A DNA stretch of 63,696 bases, counting the filler, from Octopus bimaculoides (lineage: Eukaryota): NCBI RefSeq assembly GCF_001194135.2. It is 8 parts of 7 records of this genome, joined end to end, with 100 filler letters (N's around TTAATTAATTAA, not from the genome) between each part and the next. Parts side by side here need not be neighbours in the genome. Positions count along the whole stretch, not along the records: positions 46,343 to 62,394 come from NC_069003.1; positions 62,495 to 63,696 come from NW_026380656.1; 6 more parts are not named here. One strand, given 5' to 3'. Below, piece after piece: positions 50,591 to 63,077 of the stretch (within the stretch, counting starts at the first letter, position 1; each line of letters begins with the position of its first letter). The translations under genes and the position numbers were made by a program. The notes under the pieces were generated by a model that ran no database searches, was not told the DNA's origin, and saw only the letters and a list, made by a program, of their open reading frames with translations.

Positions 50591-50934
50591 TTATCCCGTC
50601 CATCTAATCGCAGGAAAAAACAAGAAATGCAAGAAATTTTCTTCGGAATATGATTTTACTTTGGGAAATTATGAAACCTGTTAAATTTTAGAAAATAACA
50701 TAGGCTTCATAATGAATATGCTTCCTTTATAGGCAAATTCTTTACCGGTTTTTGTGCTGAGCTTATTTTTCTATTTTAGATTATTGCAATTTTGGAAGGA
50801 ACAAAACCAATCTTTTTAAAGCAAAAACTCATTGATTCAACTAAAATCCTTATGACAATTAACTATACCAAAGTTTCACAATTAATTATAAAAGCTAAAA
50901 AAACACAGTGGTGATGAAAAACTTTTTAACAGCC

Positions 50935-51131
50935 CAAGCATGACTGTCTAGTCAAGAAGCTTGCTTCCTAGCCATGTGGTCAACCCAATAGAAACTTAAC
51001 AATTCTGTAGGAAAGAATAGGAAATGCAAGAAATATCCTTCAGAATATGAATTTACTTTGGGAAATTATGAAATCTGTCGACCAAAGCCTTGAGTGGATT
51101 TGTGTTAGACGGAAAATGAAAAAGAAGTCAG

Positions 51132-51185
<54 letters not shown>

Positions 51186-51390
51186 TCATGCTGTGCTTGT
51201 CCCGCACAGCCGGTATTAGTTTGTTTACATCTCTGTAATTTAGTGGTGGTTAGAGACCGACAGAGTAAGTAGCAGACTGACTTTTTAAAAAAGTATTGGC
51301 ATCGATCTCTTTGACTAAAAACTAACCTTCAAGGCGGTGCTCCAGCATGGCTGCAGAATCCAATGACTGAATGGAGTAAAATATAAAAGA
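50935..51390 (+). mobile_element. SINE family A copy with an internal replacement
   Basis: Head start at 50935-50985, foreign segment, then TCGACCAAAGCCTTGAG...(GT)n and the 3' module. Confidence 0.65.
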
Positions 51391-52582
51391 AACAACATNN
51401 NNNNNNNNNNNNNNNNNNNNNNNNNNNNNNNNNNNNNNNNNNNNNNNNNNNNNNNNNNNNNNNNNNNNNNNNNNNNNNNNNNNNNNNNNNNNNNNNNNNN
51501 NNNNNNNNNNNNNNNNNNNNNNNNNNNNNNNNNNNNNNNNNNNNNNNNNNNNNNNNNNNNNNNNNNNNNNNNNNNNNNNNNNNNNNNNNNNNNNNNNNNN
51601 NNNNNNNNNNNNNNNNNNNNNNNNNNNNNNNNNNNNNNNNNNNNNNNNNNNNNNNNNNNNNNNNNNNNNNNNNNNNNNNNNNNNNNNNNNNNNNNNNNNN
51701 NNNNNNNNNNNNNNNNNNNNNNNNNNNNNNNNNNNNNNNNNNNNNNNNNNNNNNNNNNNNNNNNNNNNNNNNNNNNNNNNNNNNNNNNNNNNNNNNNNNN
51801 NNNNNNNNNNNNNNNNNNNNNNNNNNNNNNNNNNNNNNNNNNNNNNNNNNNNNNNNNNNNNNNNNNNNNNNNNNNNNNNNNNNNNNNNNNNNNNNNNNNN
51901 NATATATATATATATATATATATACATGTGCATGTATACACACACATATATATACATAAGAAAATCATGGATAACAGAAAGAAAATATGTACTGATTTCG
52001 GTCGCTTAAGACGACCTCTTCATGCTGGAATAAAATGGAAAGAAAAATTGAAACAAATTAAATAAAACTTTCGTAATACTCAGTTCTGAAAGTTCATCTA
52101 CTTGTCTTATAAAAATCACATGGTGCTATAGTTTAAGTGCTTCTGATAGTTGCCAGCTGGTTGTGATGACTGGTTAATAAAACTCGTAGCAGATTGTAGT
52201 CTCCTTCGGCTGATGAGGTGGGCACAGGTGTTGTTGGTGAGAGAGAGAACACTAGTAGTACAGTAACAGAGATCCCTGTAGTTTACAGCAGTCTTTAATC
52301 TAACTAGTAGTGGTGGTGTTAGTTTATAGCTGTTTTCCAGCTATAACTTAGCAGTAGTCGTAGAGGTGGCCCAAGTAAAGGTTACAGTATTACTGGTAGT
52401 TGTTGTTATTTCATTTCTCCGCTATAGAAATTCAGACGAGGTTGGTATTTGTTAATGAAGGACGTTTTTGTTAATGCGTTGGCTGTGAGTTATATTATTA
52501 CCAAATGTATGGAGAGGAAAAATAAATACATACATACATACATACATACATACATACATACATACATACACACACACACATA

Positions 52583-53694
52583 CCGGTGTTGAATAAAATA
52601 ATGGAAACAACAAGACAGATCTATTGGACTTTCAAAGAGGTCAAATTGTTGGTGCTCGTATGGCAGGTGCTAGCGTAACGAAAACAGCCGAAATGTTTTG
52701 TGTATCAAGAAGTACTATCTCGAAAGTAATGACAGCCTTTGAGAAAGAGGAAAAAACCTCCTTGTCGAAACAAAACTCAGGAAGAAAACCAAAACTTTCA
52801 GATAGGCACCGTCCGATTCTTACGCAAATTGTTAGAAAGGATCACAAAAGTACAGCTCCCAAAATTACTGCAGAACTTAATGACCACCACGAAAACCAGT
52901 TTCCACAAAAACTGCTCGCCGGAGGCTGCACAAAACTGGATTTCACGGGAGGTCTGCAATCAGAAAGCCACTACTTTCAAAAACAAACGTTGCAAAGCAT
53001 TTAGAGTGGAGTAAAAACCTACAGAATTGGTTTCTAGAGCAGTGGAAGAATGTTATTTTCTCGTACGAGTTATCCTTTACCTTATTTCCAACCACCGGCC
53101 GAGTATACGTGAGAAGACAGCCAAGCATTTGACCCAAACTGCCTTCTTCCAACTGTTAAACATGGAGGAAGATCTGTGATGATCTGGGGTGGGGGGGGCT
53201 ATATCTTGGAAATCCAGCAGCCCAATGGTTTCCCTTCATGGCAGAATTAATAGTCAAGACTATTTATGCATTTTATCTGATCAAATTCATCCTATGGTTG
53301 CGGAACTGTTTCCATAGGGAAACGCAATCTTTCAGGATGATAATGCACCAATTCACACAGCTAAAGTTGTTACCGAATGGCACGAGGAACATTCTAGTGA
53401 AGTTGAACATCTTATCTGGTCACTACAGTCCCCAGATCTCAATATTATTGAATGTTTATGGTGCATTTTAGAAAAACAAGTAAGGAGTCGATATCCTCCA
53501 CCATCATCACTACAAGAACTGGAGACTGTTTTAGCTGAAGAATGGACAAAAATTCCTTTGGAAACAATTCAAACTTTGTACGAGTCCATACCTCGTAGAA
53601 TTGAAGCTGTAATTACTGCCAAAGGCGGTCCTACCCCATATTAAAATAAATTTGTTTGAATTTTAAGGTGTTTCCATTATTTTGTCAAACCCTA
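52583..53694 (+). mobile_element. Tc1-like (DD34E) transposon, pseudogenised, 5' internal deletion
   Basis: TIRs sharing AAAATAATGGAAACA at both ends; TA site inside (TACA)n; HTH (DFQRGQIVGARMAG...GRKPKLS), VIFS(Y)E, FQDDNAPIH, SPDLNIIE, AKGGPTPY*. Confidence 0.92.
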
Positions 53695-53716
53695 TACATA
53701 CATACATACATACATA

Positions 53717-53975
53717 CATGGCCGTCCACTCATGACCAAGGAAGACCATTGCTGACCTTCAAGAACATGGTGCGCTATGACTAACTTATATTTTGTATCA
53801 GTACACATGCACGGTACACAACAATTTTTGTTTCCTTTGTGATGCCATGCTGGGACCAGATACGAGACTGAAGAGACCGGAAGGAATCAGTTGTTCTCTG
53901 CAGCCTGAAAGGTATTTCATCATCCCGGGAGCAAGAAAGGCTGAGTGTGCTGCCCAGATACACAAACTTCCCTCA
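53717..53975 (-). mobile_element. Internally deleted RTE derivative
   Basis: Joins sequence homologous to about 54953-55125 directly to the 3' end homologous to about 54328-54395. Confidence 0.75.
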
Positions 53976-54317
53976 ACCAATATTTTTTCCCTTATATATA
54001 TTTATTTTATTTTCAGTGTATATGTATCTTTATTTTTAGTATATATTTATATACTTATTTATTTTTAGTATATATTTTATTTTCATTCGGAAAACCTGCG
54101 GCGATGGGAAGGTGGGGAAGCATGCAAACCTTGACGGGCTGGAAGCATGTAGTCAGCGTCCTGCATGTAGGCGGCCCATGCTAGATATAAAGTCGTCTCC
54201 TTGTCGCCCAAGACAGCGGTAGGATTCGGTTGCTGCATGGGTGTCTGAGCAGTTCCGTTTGGAGGAGGTTCTAGAAAAGGTGAACCAAAAATTGCTTGTC
54301 TTTCTACATACACACAT

Positions 54318-55335
54318 GATATGATGGCCGTCCACTCGTGACTGAGGAAGACCATTGCTGACCTTCAGGAAGAATTGTGAGCTCTAGGACTAACTTATAT
54401 TTTGCATTTGCGGCTCCGTTGGTGGATAATGAGCCAAGCTCTTGACAAGCATACAGACCAAGCTTTTCCATTCACTATACGAGCCGTGCATTTTCACGCA
54501 GCTCGCTTAAGTTCTTCACGCTGGATACGTGCTCTCTGAGAAGTGTTGATCCCTTCCTTAACCTGCTTCCTCCATCTGGGGCGATGACAGGCATTGTTCT
54601 CCCAGTCAGTGTCCTGTATATCACAGGCCTTTAATGAGGACTTGACACAGTCCTTAAATCGCAGCCTTGGTTTCTGCCGGAGTCTCCTTCCATTCACAAG
54701 TTCTCCATATAGCACCTGCTTAGGAATCCTGCTATCTTTCATTCTAATAAGGTGTCCAGTCCAACGGAACCGCTGCTTGTGCACCATTGCCTCAATACTC
54801 AAGATATCAGCTGTCCTCAAGACTTGTGTGTCTGGAATTTTTGAGGTCCAGCCAACATTGAGAATGTGTCTGAGACATCTCTGATGAAAGCGTTCAAGGA
54901 CCCTTAACTGACGTTTGTACAGATTCCATGTCTCACATGAGTAGAGGAGCGATGTCAGTGCACATTCACGGTACACAGCAACTTTTGTTTGCCTTGCGAT
55001 GCCATACTGGGAGCAGACACGAGACTGAAGAGACCGGAGGAATTACTTGCTCTCTGCAGCCTGAAAGATATTTCCTCATCCAGGGAGCAAGAACAGCTTG
55101 TGCTGTCCAGGCAGACAAACTTGTCTACTACCTTCAGAATTGTTCCTTCAACCAAGATAGCTGGTTCCACATATGGATTTCCAGGTGCAGGCTGGAACAT
55201 TACAACAGTCTTGTCCAGGCTAATGCTGAGTCCAAATGCCTTTCAAGAAGCAGAAATGCAATTCATGAGTATTTGCATGTCATCCACTGTATGAGTGACT
55301 AAGTCACAGTCATCTGCATAAAGGAGAACCTTTGA
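54318..55335 (-). mobile_element. 5'-truncated RTE-clade LINE (RT 3' half and C-terminus)
   Basis: LLYADDCDL, GLSISLDKT, LLYSCETW, LERFHQRCLRHIL, RWTGHLIRMKDSRIPKQVLYGEL, RFKDCVK. Confidence 0.9.
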
Positions 55336-55363
55336 ATTGGCAGCAAATCGGTGATGATTAAAG

Positions 55364-56613
55364 GGACATATTTTTAATGCTAGTATCTTGGATTATAAAA
55401 ATGACAGAGTACCAAATATATTTACTACATAACTGATATACAGAAGTTCAACATATCTAAGATCTGGAGATTGTCACCACCACGAAGAGAATATTCACGA
55501 GCTCGCTTTCTCATATCAAGCACACTGCAGCTTAGCATATCAACTGGAATGGCTGCAATCTCTCTATGGAATCTTTGTTTTAGTTCCACTGTTGTGCGGG
55601 GCCTTCTAGCGTATACGCTATCCTTGAGGTAACCCCACAGAAAGTAGTCCACTGGTGTTAGATCCGGTGATCTGGGTGGTCAGTGGATCTCGAAATGAGA
55701 TGCCCTGGGAAGTGTTCTCGAAGAGTTGTCATTGACAGTCGCGTTGTACGACTGGTGGCACCATTTTGTGACATCCACATCTGTGTCAGGGAAAGCCTTT
55801 GTAACACGGGAGAGGTCTTCAGCACATGATTGTAGCGCTCAGCAGTTACCGTTAGACTGCACCATGCTCGTCCTCAAAAAAGCAAGGACCAATCACACAT
55901 GCATTAGTCACTGCACACCACACTGCAACCCCCTCACTGTGCAAAGGCCTTTCATGTACGATCTGAGGATTTTCACAACCCCCAAACCTACAATTTTGTT
56001 TAACATAACCAGAAAGGTTAAATTGAGCTTCATCTTATGTGATCAAGTGATGGATAAAATCCACTTCCTTCCTTCACATATTGACAAAAACAAATCACTA
56101 AAAGTTTTTCTTTACACCTTATCTGGCAGAAGTAATTACTACACTAGTTGTCCCTTATATGGATACAAGGGTAGGTCTTATTTTAAAATCCTTCTGACAC
56201 TAGTTCGCAAAATATTCAACTGTTTAGCCAATCGACGCGTGGACTTCGAGGAACTTTGTTCAATTGCGTTTCCTCGCTTTGGCAGTTCTCTACATTACGA
56301 GATGTTCGAGGTCGATTTGGGGAATTTTTCTTCTCGCTATCGCCTTTCTCACGGAAGTTTGTAACAGAACATAGGATCACCTTTCGAGATGGTGCCTGTC
56401 GCTTTCAAAAATGCTGTCGAAATTTTTTTTGGTTGAGTATGCTTCGACCACGTATGGAATCCACGATATTATGAGGGTCACCAACACCAGTTACCTGTAA
56501 AAAAATAGTAGAATTTTAGATATGTTGAACTCCTTATATCAGTTATGTAATAAATATAGTTGGTACTCTATGTCATTTTTATAATCCAGGATACTAGCAT
56601 TTAAAATGTGTCA
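55364..56613 (-). mobile_element. rosa/DD41D-like Tc1-mariner element with about 100-bp TIRs, pseudogenised
   Basis: Inverted repeat 55364-55462 versus 56514-56613; STRRLAKQL, DEAQFNLSGYV, QNCRFWGCENP, VWCAV, QNGAT, FPGHLISR, PRSPDLTPVDYFLWGYLK. Confidence 0.75.
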
Positions 56614-57676
56614 ACAAAATGAAACTTTTTTTTAATCATCAGAGTTGCTGATTGACTTTTCTGGGTTAATTTTTGATGCTGATTACGAATCTGAAGTCCG
56701 ATTTCCTCTATCAGGTCATATTTTCATGTTAATGATGCCTGCTGTTTTAACTTATAGGATACGTAAAGCATGTCTATATAAAGTATATTGAATACAAGAT
56801 ACGATAATTTCATGGCTTTTTATTGTACAAAATTAAAATTATTGTGTAAAAATAAGTTAGAATACACTTGAATGCATAACAACTTAAAATCTTTGGGATT
56901 TGGACTTTCTATGGTGTTTTATCTCAGGTTCATCCCTGTATAACATCCAACAGTAGTCAGCTAATATTCCTGCATTCCAAAATCCTTGATATCGTTGTTC
57001 CATCGATGCAATATCTTGATGAAAGCGTTCCCCTTGCTCATCAGACACTGCTCCAAGATTCTCTGCAAAAAAGTCCAGATGTGAATCAAGGAAATGGACT
57101 TTTAGTGACATCCGACAGCCCAATGCAGCGTAGGAGTCTAGAAGACATTTCACTCCATTTCTAAACTCTAGAGATCTCTTGTTGCTTAGGAAATTTTCAC
57201 AGAGCCATTTGAAGGATTCCCATGCTTTAAGCTCAATCTCATCCAGTGCTGTGAGGAAGTGGTTGTCCTTAAAGTGTTCTTTTATCTGCGGACCTATGAA
57301 TACGCTCTCCTTCAGTTTTGCCTCGGTGATTTTTGGAAATTTGGCCTTCATATATTCAAAATCTTTTGAACTTTTCCGGGCAAGTGTCTTCATGAATTGT
57401 TTCATGAGGCCAAGCTTTATGTGAAAAGGGGGAAGAAGAACATATTCTGGGTTTAAAAGTGGCTTGCTCTGGACGCTACAAACTCCCGGCTCATATGATT
57501 TTCGCAAAGGCCACTCTGATTGCACATAGTTCTTGTTAGTTGCACGACTGTCCCATAGGCATAAAAAGCAACAATATTTCGTGAACCCAGATTGCATTCC
57601 CATCAACATTCCAATCACTTTCAAGTCTCCACAGATTTTTCAGCTGTAGTTTGTATACTTTATGGCATTGAGGAGT
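56614..57676 (-). mobile_element. Chapaev3-type (CMC superfamily) transposon, 3' part
   Basis: ICGDLKV, FTKYCCFLCLWDSRA, LLPPFHIKLGLMK, GPQIK, MSLKVHFLDSHLDFF, GAVSDEQGERFHQDI, ADYCW; subterminal GATGCTGATTACGAATCTG. Confidence 0.75.
56884..57624 (-). CDS. Uninterrupted 246-aa C-terminal catalytic portion of the Chapaev3-type transposase
   Basis: From the ORF track; the upstream in-frame W codon is mutated to TGA and the N-terminus is missing. Confidence 0.6.
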   Translation of the reverse strand: MKVIGMLMGMQSGFTKYCCFLCLWDSRATNKNYVQSEWPLRKSYEPGVCSVQSKPLLNPEYVLLPPFHIKLGLMKQFMKTLARKSSKDFEYMKAKFPKITEAKLKESVFIGPQIKEHFKDNHFLTALDEIELKAWESFKWLCENFLSNKRSLEFRNGVKCLLDSYAALGCRMSLKVHFLDSHLDFFAENLGAVSDEQGERFHQDIASMEQRYQGFWNAGILADYCWMLYRDEPEIKHHRKSKSQRF

Positions 57677-57789
57677 AAACAAAAATAAAATAGAGCAGAG
57701 TGGTGAAAATAATCACAGGCAGTAAGTGAAGATAGTCCAAAACACAGCAGCCAAGCTAAAGAACCATCCGAATAAACCACACTTGATTG

Positions 57790-58049
57790 AAGAATTCATT
57801 TAGTAGAGATGACCCGGAAGTTGTTGCTCTTTTGAAAACAGCAGTACATTTCTTGAGCTAAATACACGTCATTGATTGGTTAAAATTATCCAAATACGAC
57901 AACTTTAACACGAAATAACTTCTAAAATACGAAATTTTGTCAAAAACGTTCAGAGTAAACCGTGTTCTACGTGAGAAATTCTACATGTTTCAAACTGTTT
58001 AGTTTAAAAGAATTAATTAAAAAATCTGTGATTCAAACTGAACAGATCC
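57790..58049 (-). mobile_element. GGATC-family fragment (reverse complement of the 12405 type)
   Basis: CACGTCATTGATTGGTT...TTAATTAAAAAATCTGTG...AACAGATCC. Confidence 0.7.
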
Positions 58050-58781
58050 AAGTTGGGCATAAGAGGAATCAAATGCAGTATGCAAAAGAGGAGACTACGT
58101 TGGTTTGGACATGTGATGCGTATGAATGAAGACAGCTGTATAAAGAATTGCCGATCACTTTCAGTGGATGGTATCTGTAGAAGAGGGAGACCCATGCAGA
58201 CATGGGATGAAGTGGTGAGGACTGATCTTAGGATGCTGGGCCTCACAGAGGAAATGACAATGGACCGAGATGTCTTACGATATGAGGTTCTTGAGAAGGC
58301 CCGCCCATGTCATCGAAACTGAGTTCTAGAAGTGTTGTGTTCCACCCACACGTAACAAGAAAACTTTTCCCTCACTCTACCCCAACAAACCAAACTACAT
58401 CTCTTCTCTTCCTCACATTTCCTCTTTCATGCACTATGCTTATCTCTCACTCCCCAATCCTGTCCTCACTGCCCTGCTCATTGTATCATTGTTACCCCGT
58501 AGTCCCCCACCTCCTCTATATACTAGTCACTGCATTCCCCAACCCCACATTCTGTGTATCCATGTGAAGTCTCTACTCCCTACTCACGCTTCTTTGGCAA
58601 TACCCTGCCACTTATATTATGATCTCCATTCCTTCAGGGTGTTGCCTGGCACTTGTCACCATCTATCTATCTCTTCCTTTACTCTACCATCCCATTTATA
58701 ATCTGATCCCTGCTCCTTGTGAATATACCTTAGCGCTTCGACACCATCTCTCACCTGCACTCTCTAGCACTCTTGCTGTCT

Positions 58782-58827
<46 letters not shown>

Positions 58828-59335
58828 CTCTTCCCTCTGGTTGGGTAACCATGTATCTCCTTTACAGCAGCACAGTTATTTCTGTTCTCATTTTCTCTTT
58901 CTCACACACTCACTCTCTCACTCTCTCTCTCTCTCCCTCTCCCTCTCTCTCTCTCTCTCTCCCTAACTTTTCCTCATCTGACACAAGATCACCTCCTCCA
59001 ATTACCCCTCTCCTCTCAAATGATCTTTGTCATGCAAGTTACTTGGTGACCCTACCAGTGCTGATGCCACGTAAAAAACATCCAGTCCGCACTCTAAAGT
59101 GGTTGGAGTTTGAAGGGCATCCAGCTGTAAACCTTACCAAAACTGACCTCGCCTTTTGCCCGTGCCACGTAAAAAGCGTTTAGTCCACTCTGCGGGGTGG
59201 TTGGTGTTAGGAAGGGCATCCAGCCGTAAAAACATGCCAACACAGGCACAGAAGCCTAGTGTAGTCTTCTGTCTGGCCAGCTCCTGTCAAACCATCCAAC
59301 TCATGCCAGCATGGAAAGCGAACGTTAAACAATGA
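58050..59335 (+). mobile_element. RTE-X-like LINE 3' end with a long pyrimidine-rich 3' UTR
   Basis: RRLRWFGHVMRM...GRPMQTWDEVVRTDL...DRD; 3' end GGTTGG.GTTAGGAAGGGCATCCAGC (two versions) ...CCAGCATGGAAAGCGAACGTTAAACAATGAT. Confidence 0.65.
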
Positions 59336-59336
59336 T

Positions 59337-59380
<44 letters not shown>

Positions 59381-59592
59381 NNNNNNNNNNTGATGTACAG
59401 AAATTATATTATAGAAAAAAATTAAGGTACTCAGAAATCTGGATGTTTGTACATTTACAGATTTTTATTAATGTCACATGTTTTATAAATTAAATAAAGC
59501 GCTATTCACCTAATCGTGTATACACACACACACTCACTCACTCACTCACTCACTCACACACACACATACCACCACACACACACACACACACA

Positions 59593-59794
59593 CGAAAAGG
59601 TACTGAAAAGTTCCTGACTTTAATCTCGCGAAAGATCCAACCTTCCGAGTTCTTTTAGAGGGCTAAGAACAACTAAAGGACCACTGCAATAAGTGTGTGA
59701 ACCTGAGAGGGGAATATGTTGGATAAAATCATAATTAACTGATCCTCCTGTATTTTCTTTTACCTAAAGCCAGGAACTTTTCAACACTCCCTCG
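59593..59794 (+). mobile_element. Mariner-derived MITE (deletion derivative)
   Basis: TIRs CGAAAAGGTACTGAAAAGTTCCTGACTTTA / TAAAGCCAGGAACTTTTCAACACTCCCTCG|TA; internal remnant DHCNKCVNLRGEYV resembles a mariner C-terminus. Confidence 0.8.
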
Positions 59795-60478
59795 TATGTA
59801 TGTATGTTTATTCACAGAAGTTGAATATACCATTGTGATTCAGTGACACACTTATCAAGTTCAACAATATGCCACACATTCCTGTGCAGTTAAGTGGACT
59901 GTAGTCATCCGACAGTTTGACAATTAGGGTTAGAGACACAAGTCTGTAACAGTCACAAGATATGAACCAACATTACACTGTCGGCTGTTTCCAGTTCTTG
60001 CTGTTGCTGTTGTTATTGTTGCTGCCGCTGCTGTTGTTATTGTTGTTGTTGTTGTTGTTGTTGCTTATCTCTGTCCTTATCCAATGGAACATTCACATTC
60101 TCCGTGAAGTAAAAGGACAAACATGTAGAGAAAATGAACAACAATATAAATGGTTTTTCTATTTTTCTCTCTATGTTTCCTCCAAAATTTTCATCTACCA
60201 TCCCAAACTTATCCAATTCTATTCAATTTCATTCTATCTGTCCTTCCTGTCCGTGTCTTATCATGTCGTATCGATGATCAGACGATAAGATAAGAATGTC
60301 GCTTTGAAGTAGCGCTATAGGCAATAAAAGATAAAGATAGCATCTAACGATGTTTCTTGAACAATGCTAGATAAATGTCTTTGGGCTTCACTAGATATAA
60401 AACTGGTAACTGGATACAAAATTTAATTTACCCGGGTATATTGTTTTTGTGAGTGCGTATACGTGTATATCGCCATGG

Positions 60479-60511
<33 letters not shown>

Positions 60512-60829
60512 ACATATATATATATATATACATGTGTACATATACAGACATAGATACACATACACATCTATAAATGTGAACTTATACATATGTATGTGCA
60601 TATGTGTATGTGTGTGTGCATGTGTGTGTGCGTATGTGTATGTATGTGTGCTGCATATGTTGTGAATATTTTGTAAGTATAATTTTCAGAGCCTGTGCAG
60701 TGATATTTGGAAAAGGACGGAAAAGGGAAGAGAAGTGGGAGAGAATAAAGCCAAAGAGGTGGAAGGAGGGTGATATATGCATATATACTTATAAATATAT
60801 GTGCATACATGTGTATGTATATGTGTGTG

Positions 60830-60887
<58 letters not shown>

Positions 60888-61183
60888 NNNNNNNNNNNNN
60901 NNNNNNNNNNNNNNNNNNNNNNNNNNNNNNNNNNNNNNNNNNNNNNNNNNNNNNNNNNNNNNNNNNNNNNNNNNNNNNNNNNNNNNNNNNNNNNNNNNNN
61001 NNNNNNNNNNNNNNNNNNNNNNNNNNNNNNNNNNNNNNNNNNNNNNNNNNNNNNNNNNNNNNNNNNNNNNNNNNNNNNNNNNNNNNNNNNNNNNNNNNNN
61101 NNNNNNNNNNNNNNNNNNNNNNNNNNNNNNNNNNNNNNNNNNNNNNNNNNNNNNNNNNNNNNNNNNNNNNNNNNNNNNNNNNN

Positions 61184-61385
61184 GTCTGTATTTGTCCCCC
61201 CCAACATCGCTTGACAACCGATGCTGGTGTGTTTACGTCCCCGTAACTTAGCGGTTCGGCAAAACAGACCGATAGAATAAGTACTAGGCTTACAAAGAAT
61301 AAGTTCTGGGGTTGATTTGCTCGACTAAAAGGCGGTGCTCCAGCATGGCCGCAGTCAAATGACTGAAACAAGTAAAAGTGTAAAA
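61184..61385 (+). mobile_element. SINE family A 3' module, young
   Basis: TTTGTCCCCCCAACATCGCTTGACAACCG...GGCCGCAGTCAAATGACTGAAACAAGTAAAAG, preceded by (TA)n and a gap. Confidence 0.85.
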
Positions 61386-61794
61386 GAGTATACATTTATG
61401 ATAATTTTAATGTAGTTGAATACTTTTATATATAATTACGCGCACAACTCACAGGTGAGTTCATAACGTTATATAACCTCTTCTTTCACATATATATATC
61501 CAAATACAAGTATATACTACCTATACACAGGCCTTATAATACGTGTGTGTGCGTGTTTGTGTGTGTGTGTTTGTGTTCGTGCGTGGGTGGGCGGGCGTGT
61601 GTGTGTGTGTGTCTGACTGGTTATTTGTCTATACCTATCTCTCTAATCATCTCTCTATACAAAATTTAATGCCGTTCATACCAACAAACGTAACTGGGAT
61701 TCCGAGTTTCATGTAAAAGTGGTTCCTCTCGGACATCAGATAAATCCACAATATTAATATTTTTTCTAAAAGTGTAGTACTTATTCTATCGATA

Positions 61795-61880
61795 CGTATC
61801 TAGGAATCTTATTCACAATGATGGGAAGCATGAAGCTGAATTGCATGCTAGAATTGCATGTGCTGGTACAGTAATGCCTC
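61795..61880 (+). pseudogene. Small RTE-like RT fragment
   Basis: YLGILFT/NDGKHEAELHARIACAG with a 1-nt frameshift. Confidence 0.5.
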
Positions 61881-62107
61881 TTAGTCCGTAATTTCAGACT
61901 CACCAATGAATACGGTCAACTTACGTCAACCGTACGAAAACTTTAAGTACGACGAAATAGTCAAGCTACATGTGTCAAAATGCAAAGACACTCGTCATAG
62001 AGATAAAAATGAGTTTATGCTTTGGAATAAATGATTGTAGTTGTAGAGGAACATACACATATGTATATGTGTGTGAGTATATATATTTATGTGTGTGTGT
62101 GTGTACG

Positions 62108-62153
<46 letters not shown>

Positions 62154-62342
62154 TATATTATCTTTTATTGGTTGTTTCAGCCAGATATGAGGCCATGCTG
62201 GGGCATCGCTTTTCAGTGTGTTTGATTTTCTTTTCTGTACTATTTCTGGTGAAGTAGCGACTTGGACAGAGCCGCTCTTCTTTGTTCTCCCTGTCTTGAT
62301 GGGGGTTGATCTGGTATCTATATATATAAAAATGAGAATGTG

Positions 62343-62377
<35 letters not shown>

Positions 62378-62780
62378 GTGAATCCCTAAAACTCNNNNNN
62401 NNNNNNNNNNNNNNNNNNNNNNNNNNNNNNNNNNNNNNTTAATTAATTAANNNNNNNNNNNNNNNNNNNNNNNNNNNNNNNNNNNNNNNNNNNNATGTAG
62501 TGTCATAGGCCAAAAAATTTTTTAACTTCTTGCCTAGTGCGAGCAATAACAATATCATATCTCCTCCACTATTTCAGTATTTCATGTTAAAAGTGAAACA
62601 ATAACATCTCTCTATTGTATTGTCAGTTATTTTCACTTTAATAGTTTCACTTTAATACTGAAATTATTACAGTGAAACTATTATCTTACATATATACAGC
62701 CATACATACATATATACATTCATACATATATATATTATGCATATATGTGTGTGTGTGTGTGTGTGTATACATCTGCACAA

Positions 62781-62829
<49 letters not shown>

Positions 62830-63077
62830 CATGTTTATATATATAGATGTATATATATACATGTATATGTATAGATGTATATGTATACATGTATATGTAT
62901 ACATGTATATGTATAGATGCATATGTATAGAAATATATATATATAGATATAGATGTATATGTATACATGTATTTGTGTAGATGTACATGTAATATGTACA
63001 CATATATACACAGATATACATGCATACGTATATACACCCATACACACACATACACAAATACACAAACACATATATAC

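Noticed and set aside
55726-56364. 212-aa plus-strand ORF
   Set aside because: Antisense shadow of the decayed mariner-type transposase.
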